Positions 21,308 to 32,338 are shown, counted from the stretch's first letter. The stretch is 64,000 nt of DNA from Nitrospirota bacterium (GCA_963751455.1 CAVVUN010000009.1:382889-446888); one strand, 5' to 3'. Notes: generated from the sequence alone by a model not told the origin. Program-made: numbers and translations.

Positions 21308-21429
21308 TTAAGAAGCGACGGCGTAAAACGATATGGAGGCGTCCCACTAAATCAGAACATGAAACGGGAACACGGTTCCCTTGGTCCATATAAAACGAAT
21401 CTGAAAATAAGAAACAATTAAAAACAAAC

Positions 21430-22204
21430 ATGCCAAATGAAACAATAGAATACGTCAGCAAACGAAACAAACCGGAAATCATGCAACCCATTTATGAAGA
21501 CGACGAAATAAATCTACTCGAATACTGGAAGCGTTCTCTGGCGCAGAAAATACCTATTGATGGCTCTGTTTGTCGTCTGCGTTACGGCAACCATGGTAAT
21601 AAGCCTTCAACTTCCAAAGTTTTATCAGTCAGAAGCTATGATCATCACGTCGGGCTCCGAATCAGGCGGGCTTGGCGCCGCATTATCAGCCCTTCCTTTA
21701 GCGGGGGCCTTCGGGGGCCTAGGTGGCGTGCAGACGCCTGCTGATAAGATAATGGTCATACTGAAGAGTCGGACTATTGCCGTGGATGTGATCAATAAAT
21801 TCGGATTGATGAAGGTCTTTTTTGACAAAGAATGGGATTCAACCAGAGGGACCTGGATAAATCCTGATAAACATCCTGTCATGCAGGATGCTATAAAACA
21901 ACTGAACACGGGTGTCGCAAAATTCCACAAGAGTAAGGAAGGGGCCATCACGGTGAGTGTCGAGTGGAAGGACCCGAAGCTTGCTGCAGACATTGCCAAT
22001 TATTACATTACAGCTCTAACCGGCATCTTGAATGAAAAATCCATTAATGTAACTATTCAAATAGTGGACAAAGCCGTCCCTGCGGAGAGGAAGTCGCGGC
22101 CGAAGATAAGTCAAAATATGATGCTGGCAGGTGTTGCAAGCATTTTTATCGGCGTATTCATTGCATTCTTTCTAGAATATCTTTCAAAACAGAAAAAGCG
22201 GTAG
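21430..22204 (+). CDS. Wzz-family chain-length determinant, one frameshift near 21530
   Basis: EDDEINLLEYWK then, in another frame, VLWRRKYLLMALF; C-terminal DKAVPAERKSRPK plus TM helix. Confidence 0.78.
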
Positions 22205-22264
22205 GGATCAGTTGGATTGCTTAGACTAATTCGACCAAGATGAACCAATACAACCAATAAAACC

Positions 22265-23101
22265 TTGCTCAAATTCCTCATCACATCCGTTCTCATAATC
22301 CTTCCCTCCATTGCAGCCGCCGAAGACCTCGAGATAATCAACCGGCCGGTCAATTCATCCGGATTTACCGGTCTCTTGTTTACAACCGCTCCGTACACGG
22401 TCCCGGATCACACAGTAGAAGTAGCCAGCGCCGTCCTGTCTGAAAACAGCACTGTTCCGGATTACATCGTCACGGAAGTTCCAATGCTAAGCATAACTGC
22501 GGGAGTGTCGCCAGACCTGGAGATAGCCATAAAAGGGTCCTATTTCCGCAAAACACTGGATGGGGGGAGCAATAAAGAACGCGGGGCAGGGGACACGCAT
22601 ATATCGTGCAAGTGGAATTTCCTGCCTCATAAGGAATATTCTTCAAACCCTTCCCTTGCCTTGCTAATTACCGGAATAGCCCCTACCGCTGATGAAAAGC
22701 TTGGACTGAGCAGTATTGTTCACTGGGGGGCAAAAACAGGCCTTTCTGTGGGCACAGAGATGGACTGGGGAGAGCATATCGTCGGCATCTATGCTGATGG
22801 TCAGGTCGTCTTTCACGATCTCTCTGATAAGCGCTACCGGGACCGGTACGGCGAGGTTAACGCGGGCTTGCTGCTTCCTATAAGCAAACACCGGAATCTC
22901 CAGATGCTTATCGAATACAACCTGGTGTCGGGAATTGACAAAATATCGGCCCTCGGCGGTGATTATTCCGGGCTTACCTATGGCTTGAGGCTCGTTGGCG
23001 AGAGGTTTAATTTGTCGTTTGGAACGCAATTTCTGCATAAGAAGGAACCCGGTTTCGAAAAAGCAAACCGCGTAATAGGAATGGCCAGCATTAAGCTTTA
23101 A
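22265..23101 (+). CDS. Exported hypothetical protein, probable outer-membrane beta-barrel
   Basis: Signal peptide, GFTGLL..T N-terminal motif, GAGD, alternating beta-strand pattern. Confidence 0.5.
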   Translation: MLKFLITSVLIILPSIAAAEDLEIINRPVNSSGFTGLLFTTAPYTVPDHTVEVASAVLSENSTVPDYIVTEVPMLSITAGVSPDLEIAIKGSYFRKTLDGGSNKERGAGDTHISCKWNFLPHKEYSSNPSLALLITGIAPTADEKLGLSSIVHWGAKTGLSVGTEMDWGEHIVGIYADGQVVFHDLSDKRYRDRYGEVNAGLLLPISKHRNLQMLIEYNLVSGIDKISALGGDYSGLTYGLRLVGERFNLSFGTQFLHKKEPGFEKANRVIGMASIKL

Positions 23102-23517
23102 ATAGAAATAACGGCAAAACCTGCCGCAAGAAAATGTTTGTCGAATGCGAATGCTTTACTGATTTTTTGTCGTTTCATGATCGTAAAGCTCACCGCATCG
23201 GCATAGCTAAAATCCTGACCGGAGTATTTGCCCAGCATCGCCTGCGCTTCAGCTTCGATATCCTCGGTTGAATATACCCGCATAATCCTCGGACTTGTCT
23301 TCACTCGTTCAAGAAAGGCAAAAGCCGCTGCATGTCCCAATTCATTCAAAAGAATGACATACGCCTCGGCAATAACTAAATTGCTGGTTATCAGAGGGCT
23401 GTTCCTTGAGAGAAGAGAGGGATATACTGCTGCGGCTTTTTTATGGTTTGCATCGTCGGTGTCCGCCAGCGCAATCCACGCGCCGGCATCAACAAATACT
23501 GCCTCGTGAAGCCTCAT
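23098..23517 (-). CDS. vapC: VapC-family PIN-domain toxin
   Basis: VFVDAGAWIAL...D.NH, E, SYADAVSF, FAFDKHF PIN motifs. Confidence 0.9.
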   Translation of the reverse strand: MRLHEAVFVDAGAWIALADTDDANHKKAAAVYPSLLSRNSPLITSNLVIAEAYVILLNELGHAAAFAFLERVKTSPRIMRVYSTEDIEAEAQAMLGKYSGQDFSYADAVSFTIMKRQKISKAFAFDKHFLAAGFAVISI

Positions 23518-23807
23518 CTCCTGCCTGCTCTTTGGTACTTCACCAGGTATTTGTCGTGATGCTCGGAGATGTCTCCTTTGCCTGAGTTTCCGAGCCCGAC
23601 AAGGCCCATAGCCGGATCCTCCTCAACCGGGAGCGCGGTCAAATATTTCTCGATGCTTTCCCGTATCAACTCAGCCTTTGACACCCCGCGCTTCTTAGCC
23701 AGGACTGCGAGCGCCGCATCCTGAGCCGGCTCGATATACATTTGAATGGGCTTTTTCTTAAGATTTTTCATAAAGAAAATATATATCATAAATTGTGATA
23801 TGTCCAT
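23514..23807 (-). CDS. CopG/ribbon-helix-helix antitoxin (VapB-like)
   Basis: LAKKRGVSKAELIRESI RHH motif, C-terminal SEHHDKYL; overlaps the vapC start; true start likely 23771. Confidence 0.8.
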   Translation of the reverse strand: MDISQFMIYIFFMKNLKKKPIQMYIEPAQDAALAVLAKKRGVSKAELIRESIEKYLTALPVEEDPAMGLVGLGNSGKGDISEHHDKYLVKYQRAGRR

Positions 23808-24194
23808 AGGTAATATAGGTCAATTTATCGTCGAAGTTATCGTTGTTCGTCTCACGCATCGAGTCCCGTATCGAATAGATTCAGCGATGAGCACGAACCA
23901 CGTGACCATAAACCGAAACGGGCGTCAGAACCCTAGCCGGTTTACCACTTGACCATCCTTGAAACGGTAGTTCGTCTAAGGGAACGAAGCCCGTATCGTG
24001 GACCGTAAAAGCGGTTTACGGTTAAAGCCGAACAACGACCAACCGATCGCCGAAACGGGCATCCCAACCTTAACCTTTTTAATCTCAATTAATCAGCCTA
24101 CAAAAGAGACGGCATCACGGATGCCTCGATCCAAACAAACCAAACAAACAATGACTTAAACCTACAAATCTAACCTTAAACTTTATCTTTCCCA

Positions 24195-24222
24195 TTGTCC
24201 GATAATGTATATTATGTCAAAT
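24195..24222 (+). other. dif: dif site (XerC/XerD recombination site)
   Basis: TTGTCCGATAA-TGTATA-TTATGTCAAAT: 11-6-11 layout, central hexamer identical to and XerD arm one base from E. coli dif (GGTGCGCATAA TGTATA TTATGTTAAAT). Confidence 0.88.
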
Positions 24223-24268
24223 CATAATCCAATAAGCAAAAACACTTTAATTCACAATACTCCCTTCT

Positions 24269-25152
24269 CTAAATGTGTTTATTATGTATCAGACCGCTGC
24301 CGTAATCGGCAGCATGGTAGGAACTCCTGACGTGCGGTCCTGATGCAACCTGACGAAATCCCAAATCAAAAGCCATGTCGCGAAGCTGCTTGAATTCATC
24401 CGGGATGATAATACTTTTCCACCGGCAAACTGCTTTTCCCCGGCCTTAGGTACTGTCCGAGCGTTAAAAAAGTACAGCCGTTGTTGCGGAGTTCTTTCAT
24501 GACCCGGAGAACTTCTTCATTTCCCTCCCCTAATCCCAGCATTAAACCCGTTTTCGTCACAGCTCCCAATTTCACGTGCATTTGCGAGCAGTTCTATCGA
24601 ACGTCTATAATCAGCTCCCGGACGCACTCGTGAATACAGAGACGGCACTGTTTCAATGTTGTGATTGAGGATATCGGGTTTTGCGTCGAGGATGGTTCGA
24701 AGCGAGGCTGCAGAACCCTGGAAGTCCGGTATAAGAACTTCAACCCTGCATCCAGGAGATTTCGTTCGAATTGCCCGAATAGTTTCTGCGAAGAGAAACG
24801 CCCCGCCGTCAGCCAGATCGTCACGGGTCACGGATGTAATTACCGCATAGCGGAGACCGAGTGCTGCAACGGCATCGGCGATTCGATATGGTTCGTCGAA
24901 GTCGGCGTCGTCAGGTAGACCTTTCGGAACATTGCAGAAGCGGCACGATCGCGTGCAAATATTACCCAGGATCATGAATGTCGTTGTTCCCGCGTTCCAG
25001 CATTCCAGCCTGTTCGGGCAGGCAGCGCTTTCACAAACGGTGTGAAGTCTGCCCTCCTTGATCAATCTGCGGACCTTTGAGTGGCGCTCTCCTGCTTCGA
25101 TTCGTATCTTGAACCAGGGAGGAAGTCTTTTGATGGTCTGGGAAGAAGTCAT
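24269..25152 (-). CDS. lipA: Lipoyl synthase with two apparent frameshifts (~24570, ~24402)
   Basis: [12 protein letters not shown] and CTRSCRFC clusters, HNIETV, then [18 protein letters not shown] and VRSSYHA in successive frames. Confidence 0.88.
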
Positions 25153-25157
25153 TAAGT

Positions 25158-25208
25158 GGTTTGTTTGGTTTGTTTGGTTTGTTTGGTTTGTTTGGTTTGT
25201 TTGGTTTT
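25158..25208. repeat. 9-bp tandem repeat (GGTTTGTTT) x ~5
   Basis: Visible between the lon stop and lipA start; related CAAAC-type units at 24131-24150 and 25219-25247. Confidence 0.85.
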
Positions 25209-25251
25209 GGTTTCTGTAACCAAATAAACCCGACAAACCAAACAAACTTGA

Positions 25252-27687
25252 TCAGCTGCTCTTTTTCCCGTCAAGCGCCGCGGTGATCACCTGGTCGATC
25301 GTGTCCACAAAAACGAAATTCATTTCTTTGCGTAAATCCGCCGGAACATCGTCCAGGTCGTTTTTGTTCTTTTCAGGAAGGATCACCGTCTTGATGCCGG
25401 CGCGTCTCGCTGCCAGCACTTTTTCCTTTACGCCCCCGATCGGCATAACTTTGCCGCGCAGCGTTATCTCCCCGGTCATCGCGACGTCATGTTTCGCCAC
25501 CTTTCCGGTAATCATGGATACGATAGCGGTGGTCATCGTAACGCCTGCCGACGGCCCGTCCTTCGGTATCGCTCCTGCCGGAACATGGATATGTATGTCG
25601 GTCTTGTCAAAGAAGTCCTTGTTGATGCCGAGCTCCTGCGCCTGAGACCTGACGTAGCTCAGGGCTGCCTGGGCGGATTCCTTCATGACATCCCCGAGCT
25701 GGCCGGTCAGGGTCAGCTGTTTGTTGCCGGGCATCATGGAGGCCTCGATGAACAGGATGTCCCCTCCCGTGGGCGTCCACGCAAGCCCCGTAACAACACC
25801 GGGACGATCGATCCGGACCGCGGTTTCCGCGAAGAACCGGGGATTTCCCAGGTAGTCGTGCAGACTCTCGATCTTGATGGTTATCGGGACCGGTTTCCCT
25901 TCCGCAACGGCCTTGGCCACCTTGCGGCATACATTTGCGATTTCGCGTTCAAGATTACGAACCCCTGCCTCTCGCGTATAGTCCTTGATGATGCCTTGCA
26001 GCGCATCGTCCTCTATCACGATCTCATCCGGTTTCAGCGCGTTTGCCTGGATCTCCTTCGGGATAAGGTATTTTTTCGCTATATTCAGTTTTTCGTGCTC
26101 GGTGTACCCCGGCAAATGGAGCACTTCCATGCGGTCGAGCAGCGGCGGCGGAATCGTATCGAGCTGGTTTGCGGTGGTAATAAACATGACGCTCGAAAGA
26201 TCGAAAGACACATCGAGATAATTATCGCGAAAGTCCTTGTTTTGCTCGGGATCGAGCACCTCAAGGAGCGCGGAAGAAGGATCGCCGCGCCAGTCCGCGC
26301 CCACTTTATCGACCTCGTCGAGCATGATTACCGGGTCTTTCGTCTCGATGCGCTTGATGACCTGGATGATCCGGCCGGGCATCGCCCCTATATACGTGCG
26401 GCGATGGCCCCGGATCTCAGCCTCGTCATGCAATCCGCCAAGCGACAGGCGCATGAATTTCCTGTCCAGTGCCCGGGCAATGGACTGGCCGAGCGATGTC
26501 TTTCCCACTCCTGGAGGCCCCACAAAGCAGAGAATCGGCTCCCGCATGCGTGACTTATCTTTGGTCTCCCTCTCCTGCCCCAGCTTTTTTACAGCCAGAT
26601 ATTCAAGGATCCTGTCTTTTACTTTCTCGAGATCATAATGGTCCTCGTCAAGTATGATCCTCGCCTTCCCGATATCAATCGGAGACGCCGATGTCTTGTT
26701 CCACGGCAGCGTCGTCATCCATTCCAGATAGGTGCGGATGACTGAGTATTCCGGGGATGAAGCCGAAAGTTTTTCCATGCGGCCGAGCTCCCGCTTTGAC
26801 TCCTTCTCGGCTTCCGGAGGCATTTTTGCCGATTCAATTTTTTCCCGCAGGTTCTTCAGTTCCGAGCCCTCGTCGGTTTCTTCGCCCAGCTCTTTCCGTA
26901 TTGCCGAAAGCTGCTGACGGAGCAGGTACTCGCGTTCCGCCTTCTGCATCTGGTCCCTGGCCTGTCCCTGGATCTTTCGGCCGAGTTCGAGCACTTCGAC
27001 CTCGCGGTTCAAATAATGTATGATTTTGTTCAGTTTATTGAAGACCGATTCCGTCTCAAGGATCTCCTGGCGCTGCGGCAGTTCCATCCGGATATTCGTT
27101 GCTATGAGGTATGCCAGCTGGAGCGGCTCCTCGATGTTCACTGCAGCTGAAGACAGCTCTTCAGGCATGTTTGGCGTGAGCGAAACCATCTTCTGAAAGA
27201 CTTCCGATACGCCGCGCATGAGCGCTTCGAGCTGCACGGATTTTTCAATTTTGTCGGGCATGGGTTTTATCCGTGCCCTGATGTAAGGCTCAACCTGCGG
27301 GAAGTGCTCGATGCTGATCCGCTCGATGCCCTGCACGAGCACGCGCAGCGTCCCGTCGGGCACTTTCACCATCTGGAGGATGCGGGCCATCGTGCCGATT
27401 GGATAAATATCGGACACCCCGGACACTTCAATGTCCGTTTTTCGCTGCGCGGTGAGGGCCAGGATTTTGTCGCCCACGGTAACGTCGTTGATAAGCTTGA
27501 TCGATTTTTCTTTCCCAATCACGAGCGGGTAGACCGTCAGCGGGTAAACAACCGTGTCCTTCAGCGGCAGCAAAGGAAGCTCAGCCGGTACGACCGGTAT
27601 TTTTTCTGTCTCTGTTTCTGGACTTTCCATGGATTTGCTCCTAGTAAGATTCTTGAATAGTTTTTCAAAGAGACTTGAGATCTTCAA
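25252..27687 (-). CDS. lon: ATP-dependent Lon protease
   Basis: GPPGVGKTS Walker A, RGHRRTYIGAMPG, LLEVLDPEQN, PKDGPSAG catalytic Ser, IGGVKEK. Confidence 0.97.
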   Translation of the reverse strand: MKISSLFEKLFKNLTRSKSMESPETETEKIPVVPAELPLLPLKDTVVYPLTVYPLVIGKEKSIKLINDVTVGDKILALTAQRKTDIEVSGVSDIYPIGTMARILQMVKVPDGTLRVLVQGIERISIEHFPQVEPYIRARIKPMPDKIEKSVQLEALMRGVSEVFQKMVSLTPNMPEELSSAAVNIEEPLQLAYLIATNIRMELPQRQEILETESVFNKLNKIIHYLNREVEVLELGRKIQGQARDQMQKAEREYLLRQQLSAIRKELGEETDEGSELKNLREKIESAKMPPEAEKESKRELGRMEKLSASSPEYSVIRTYLEWMTTLPWNKTSASPIDIGKARIILDEDHYDLEKVKDRILEYLAVKKLGQERETKDKSRMREPILCFVGPPGVGKTSLGQSIARALDRKFMRLSLGGLHDEAEIRGHRRTYIGAMPGRIIQVIKRIETKDPVIMLDEVDKVGADWRGDPSSALLEVLDPEQNKDFRDNYLDVSFDLSSVMFITTANQLDTIPPPLLDRMEVLHLPGYTEHEKLNIAKKYLIPKEIQANALKPDEIVIEDDALQGIIKDYTREAGVRNLEREIANVCRKVAKAVAEGKPVPITIKIESLHDYLGNPRFFAETAVRIDRPGVVTGLAWTPTGGDILFIEASMMPGNKQLTLTGQLGDVMKESAQAALSYVRSQAQELGINKDFFDKTDIHIHVPAGAIPKDGPSAGVTMTTAIVSMITGKVAKHDVAMTGEITLRGKVMPIGGVKEKVLAARRAGIKTVILPEKNKNDLDDVPADLRKEMNFVFVDTIDQVITAALDGKKSS

Positions 27688-27786
27688 CGTTGTTTACCCC
27701 GTTAGAGAAAGCCGCCGACTCCCGCAATCTGTCATCGTTAGAGAACTTGTTCTCTAACGGGGTTTACCTGCATGCTGTCAACGGCA

Positions 27787-28182
27787 TCAATTAATTTTTC
27801 TGATAGTCACTTTGAGTAAACCATTTTTATATTCGGCTTTGACATTCTCACTATTCACGCTCACCGGAATATTGATCTCCGATCTGAACTGGCCGTATTT
27901 GATGCCCAACTGATGGCAGGCGTTCATCTCGCTGCATGGATATTGCTTTCGCTTCCCTTCCACCACGAGAAGATCGCTGAAAAGAGTGACTTCCATTTCG
28001 TCTTCCGCCATGCCGGCCAGTTCCATGACAATAATGAGTTCTTCCCGCGTTTCATACACATCTGTCGGAGGCCGCCACACGATTGCAGAGGGCTGGTTCC
28101 ATGTTCCGAATGATTCCCAACTCCGGAAGGAGCCCTCGGAGCCCTTGCGCGTATATTTATAGGCCAGATATTTGTATCGCAA
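27787..28182 (-). CDS. Hsp20/alpha-crystallin small heat-shock protein
   Basis: WRPPTDVYE, ELAGM, YGQF, AEYKNGLL; directly upstream of lon. Confidence 0.9.
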   Translation of the reverse strand: MRYKYLAYKYTRKGSEGSFRSWESFGTWNQPSAIVWRPPTDVYETREELIIVMELAGMAEDEMEVTLFSDLLVVEGKRKQYPCSEMNACHQLGIKYGQFRSEINIPVSVNSENVKAEYKNGLLKVTIRKIN

Positions 28183-28374
28183 CCAGCATGCCTCCCTTCA
28201 CGATCATAAGACTGTCAAACAGATACGAATAATTTTTCTTTAATTATTAACAACATAGCAAAGTAGATCTGGAATGTCAAGGTTGTTACGAAAAAGGCGT
28301 TGATCATCGTTTTCGAAAATTATTTGCTTCGTCGAGAAACGCGTATTTGCCTGTAAAACAAACAAATCCTTTTT

Positions 28375-28915
28375 GTAACTAGAGCCCGTATTTTAATTGC
28401 CGTTTTATTTAAGACCGTCACCTGCGAAGGCAGGAATCCAATCTTTTCAGAAACCTCTGGATGCCGGATCAAGTCCGGCATGACGAAAAAGGGCATTTAA
28501 ATACAGACTCTAATGTAGTGTCTCACAAACGACTGGTGTTATCATAGCGCAGCAGTAGGCCGCAGCCAAACTTGTAGGGCAAGGCTTTAGCCTTGCTGAA
28601 AGCGCCGGAACAGCAGCAACCCCAAAGGGTCGCCCTACAAATTCATCAGCAAATATTTATGCGAAGATAAGTTTTCGATGAAATCATCATAACACCGTCC
28701 ATTTAAGAGACACTACACTAACTACTCAGGTCTTTTTTTATCCGCAGATTACGCAGATTTCGCAGATAAAAACAAAACCAGAATTCCGGCTTTAGAATCT
28801 GCGTCAATCTGCTTGTGCCCGCGCTTTGGCAACAGCAGGGTACGAAATCTGCGGATAGAAGGGCTTTTTCTCAGATTTGTCTTAATGCCGTTCTGAAAAG
28901 AAGCTGAATAGTTAC
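28375..28915. mobile_element. Nested MITE-like cluster: outer GTAACTA..TAGTTAC element containing two further inverted-repeat elements
   Basis: TCCTTTTT duplicated at 28367-28374 and 28916-28923; inner elements 28382-28510 and 28514-28717 have their own TIRs and duplications. Confidence 0.8.
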
Positions 28916-29191
28916 TCCTTTTTAAACAGCCAAAGCATAGTGTTTCTGAACACCGAAACTGTTTGAATGCCGTCTAATTTTCTCGACAACAAAACGTTTC
29001 TCTGATATATTTGAAACGTTAATTATATAATTAAATTTATTAATTTACTTTCTTTTCCCAATGAATATTTTTCTCTTTGATACGGGCTGAATTCCCGTTC
29101 TCATCTTGTTTCATTTCATGCCGGAACTGTCACATAAATTGTTCACTTCTGATCAGTAAATTGAATTTAGCCGCTTAAAAAGGAGGTTCCT

Positions 29192-32100
29192 ATGGGGGTA
29201 TCGAGACGGGATTTTATGAAGATCTCGGGCAGTACGGTTCTGCTCAGTTCCCTGGGCATCAATCTTGACCCGGCAAAGGCCTACGCACAAGGGCTCCGGA
29301 TCAAGGATGCCAAGGAGACGCAAACGATCTGTCCCTACTGTTCGGTAGGCTGCGGAATCGTGGTCCACGCGAAAGACGGCAAGGTCATTTACACTGAGGG
29401 CGATCCTGATCATCCCATCAACGAAGGCGCGCTCTGTTCGAAGGGAGCATCTCTGTTCCAGGTTATAAACAATACGAACAGGCTGACGAAACCGAAATAC
29501 CGGGCTGCCGGCGCCGCTGAATGGAAGGATGTTGAATGGGACTGGGCGCTCGACGAGATCGCGAAGCGGGTAAAGGCAACTCGTGACAGGACCTTCAAGC
29601 TGACGTCAAAATCGAAAGTGAAGGAGAAACAGCCGGACGGCGCCGAGAAAGATGTCGAGAAGGAGTTCAGCGTCAACCGTACCGACGGCATTGCCCATGT
29701 TGGGAGCGCCGCACTCGACAATGAAGAATGCTACATGCTTCAGAAAATGCTCCGGTCATGGGGCCTCGTATACATAGAACACCAGGCCCGTATCTGACAC
29801 TCCGCTACTGTAGCGGCTCTGGGAGAGTCGTTCGGGCGCGGTGCAATGACGAATCACTGGATCGATGTACGAAATGCAGACGTCGTCCTCGTAATGGGGA
29901 GCAACCCTGCATCGAACCATCCCATTTCCATGAAATGGGTCATGAAAGCAAAAGAGCGGGGCGGAAAGCTTATTGTCGTCGACCCCCGCTTTACACAGAC
30001 TGCTGCAAAGGCTGATGTCTATGCCCCGATGCGTTCGGGCACCGACATCGCCTTCCTCGGAGGAATGATCAAGTACATCCTGGACAAGAATCTCTACTTC
30101 AAAGAATATGTGGTCAAGTACACAAATGCTCCTTTCCTCCTGAACCCCGATTTCAAAGGCCCGGGCGAATTGAACGGCCTGTTCTCGGGTTATGATGAGA
30201 AGACCAGGAAATATGACAAAAAGACCTGGTCGTATCAGATGGATGAGAGCGGGATCCCGAAAAAAGATGCTTCCCTCCAAAACCCCAACAGTGTGTACCA
30301 GCAGCTGAAGAAGCATTATTCCCGGTATACGCTCGATAAGGTTTCCTCCATTACAGGCACGCCAAAGGACAAACTCGTAGAGGTTTACAAGCTTTACGGC
30401 TCGACAGGAAAACCCAACCGGGCGGGTACGGAACTCTATGCCATGGGCTGGACTCAGCACACGGTCGGGACCCAGAATATCCGCGCCATGAGCGTTATCC
30501 AGCTGCTGCTTGGCAATATGGGAATGGCAGGCGGCGGCATCAATGCGCTCCGCGGCGAAAGCAACGTCCAGGGGTCAACGGACCAGGGGCTGCTGTTCCA
30601 TATTCTGCCCGGCTACCTGCCGGTACCGACAGCTTCCATCGCGAACCTTACTGCTTACATCGAAAAGCACACGCCCAAGACGAAGGAGCCCAAGAGTGTG
30701 AACTGGTGGTCCAACCGGGGAAAGTACGTTACCAGTTACCTCAAGGCTGTCTACGGCAATAAAGCGCAGAAGGACAATGACTTCGGTTATGCATGGCTCC
30801 CGAAACTGGACGAAGGCATGAACGCCTCCTGGCTCATGCTGTTTGACAAGATGCTCAAAGGCCAGTTCGAAGGTTTCTTCGCCTGGGGCCAGAACCCCGC
30901 CTGCTCGGGCGCAAATTCGAACAAGACCAGAAAAGCCCTCGCCAACCTGAAATGGATGGTGAACGTTAATCTCTATGACAATGAGACAGGGTCCTTCTGG
31001 AAGGGTCCCGGCCTGAACCCCAAGGACATCCAGACCGAGGTCTTCCTGCTCCCCGCGGCTTCGTCAGTCGAAAAAGAAGGAAGCCTTTCGAACTCGGGCC
31101 GCTGGGCACAATGGAGATATAAAGCCATAGAGCCCATCGGCGAGTCCAAGCCGGACTCGGAGATCATGAACGAACTCCAGTTCAGGGTGAAGAGCCTTTA
31201 CCAGAAGCAGGGCGGCAAGTTCCCGGAACCTATTGTGAACCTGACGTGGAACTTCGGGGATAAAGACGCTTCGGGCAAGGTAAAGGCAGTAAACATCCAT
31301 AACGTCGCGAAGGAGATAAACGGTTACTATCTCGAAGACGTCTACGACAAAACTCAAACGCCACCCAAGCTTCTGGGCAAAAAAGGCGATCTTTGCGCTT
31401 CCTTCGTCCATTTGCAGGCGGACGGAACCACTTCGTGCGGCTCCTGGATCTATTCACAGAGCTATACGCAGAAGGAAGGCAAAATCATCAATATGATGGC
31501 CCGGAGAGGCAAAAACGATCCCACCGGCCTCGGCCTGTATAACGAATGGGCCTGGGCATGGCCGGTCAACAGGCGGATCATCTACAATCGGGCATCCTGT
31601 GACCCCCAGGGGAAGCCGTGGGACCCCAAGCGCGCAGTCGTAAAGTGGGACCCCAACAAGCTGGACGCGGCAACCAAGAAACCGGGCGCCTGGGCCGGAG
31701 ATGTGCCGGACGGACCGGCTCCGCCCATGGCAACGGAAAAAGGCAAGCTGCCGTTCATTATGATGGCCACGGGTGTCGGCGGTCTCTTCGGCCCCGGGCT
31801 TGTCGACGGGCCCTTCCCTGAGCACTATGAGGCTCTTGAATGTCCTCTCGAAGCAAATCTCATGTCAAAGCAGAGAGTAAATCCGGCGGTTAAGATGTTC
31901 AATGAAAAAGATGATGCCTTCTCCTCGTGCGACACGCGCTATCCCTTTGTCGCGACTACCTACCGCGTTGCGGAGCACTGGCAGACCGGGGTCATGACGC
32001 GCCATCTGTCCTGGCAGCTCGAGATGCAGCCGCAGATATTTGTCGAGCTGAGTCAGGAACTGGCAAAGGAAAAGGGCATCCGGAACGGCGAAAAAGTGAC

Positions 32101-32338
32101 CGTTAAGTCGGCTCGGGGCGAGCTCTGGGCCATTGCGATGGTTACGGACCGGTTCAAACCTTTCAAAATCGGCGGATCGACGGTGCACCAGGTCGGGCTC
32201 CCCTGGCACTTCGGCTGGCAGTTCCCCGAGGACGGCAGCGGCGGAGACAGCGCGAATCTGCTTACGCCGAACGTGGGCGACGCCAATACCATGATACCCG
32301 AATCCAAGGCCTTTATGGTCAACGTCGTGAAGGCATAG
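29192..32338 (+). CDS. fdnG: Formate dehydrogenase alpha subunit, selenocysteine-containing, Tat-exported (Mo/W-bisPGD)
   Basis: SRRDFMK Tat motif, CPYCSVGC, in-frame TGA at 29795-29797 in HQARI-U-HSATV joins two ORF-track pieces; GAMTNHW, LRGESNVQG; 1048 aa. Confidence 0.95.
29798..29830 (+). promoter_or_regulatory. Putative SECIS hairpin
   Basis: Self-complementary CCGCTA..TAGCGG and GACACTC..GAGAGTC directly 3' of the Sec UGA. Confidence 0.65.

Noticed and set aside
23821-24190. Mirror-image (reversed, uncomplemented) gene, or a retron msr-msd
   Set aside because: The mirror frame I translated gave no recognisable protein and no reverse transcriptase is present in the window.
25153-25245. 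N-terminal QTN-repeat extension of LipA
   Set aside because: Arises from an intergenic tandem repeat; ATG 25152 gives a normal LipA start.
25283-27757. Long plus-strand ORFs antisense to lon (also those opposite capD, htpX, fdnG, ybaL and 41610-42521)
   Set aside because: Shadow ORFs of GC-rich coding strands with no motifs.
28739-28860. CGCAGATT-type repeats as a CRISPR array
   Set aside because: Short 9-10 bp units in inverted arrangement without unique spacers; part of a MITE; no cas genes in the window.
29125-29150. Rex/FNR-type operator upstream of fdnG
   Set aside because: TGTCACATAAATTGTTCAC matches the consensus palindromes too poorly.
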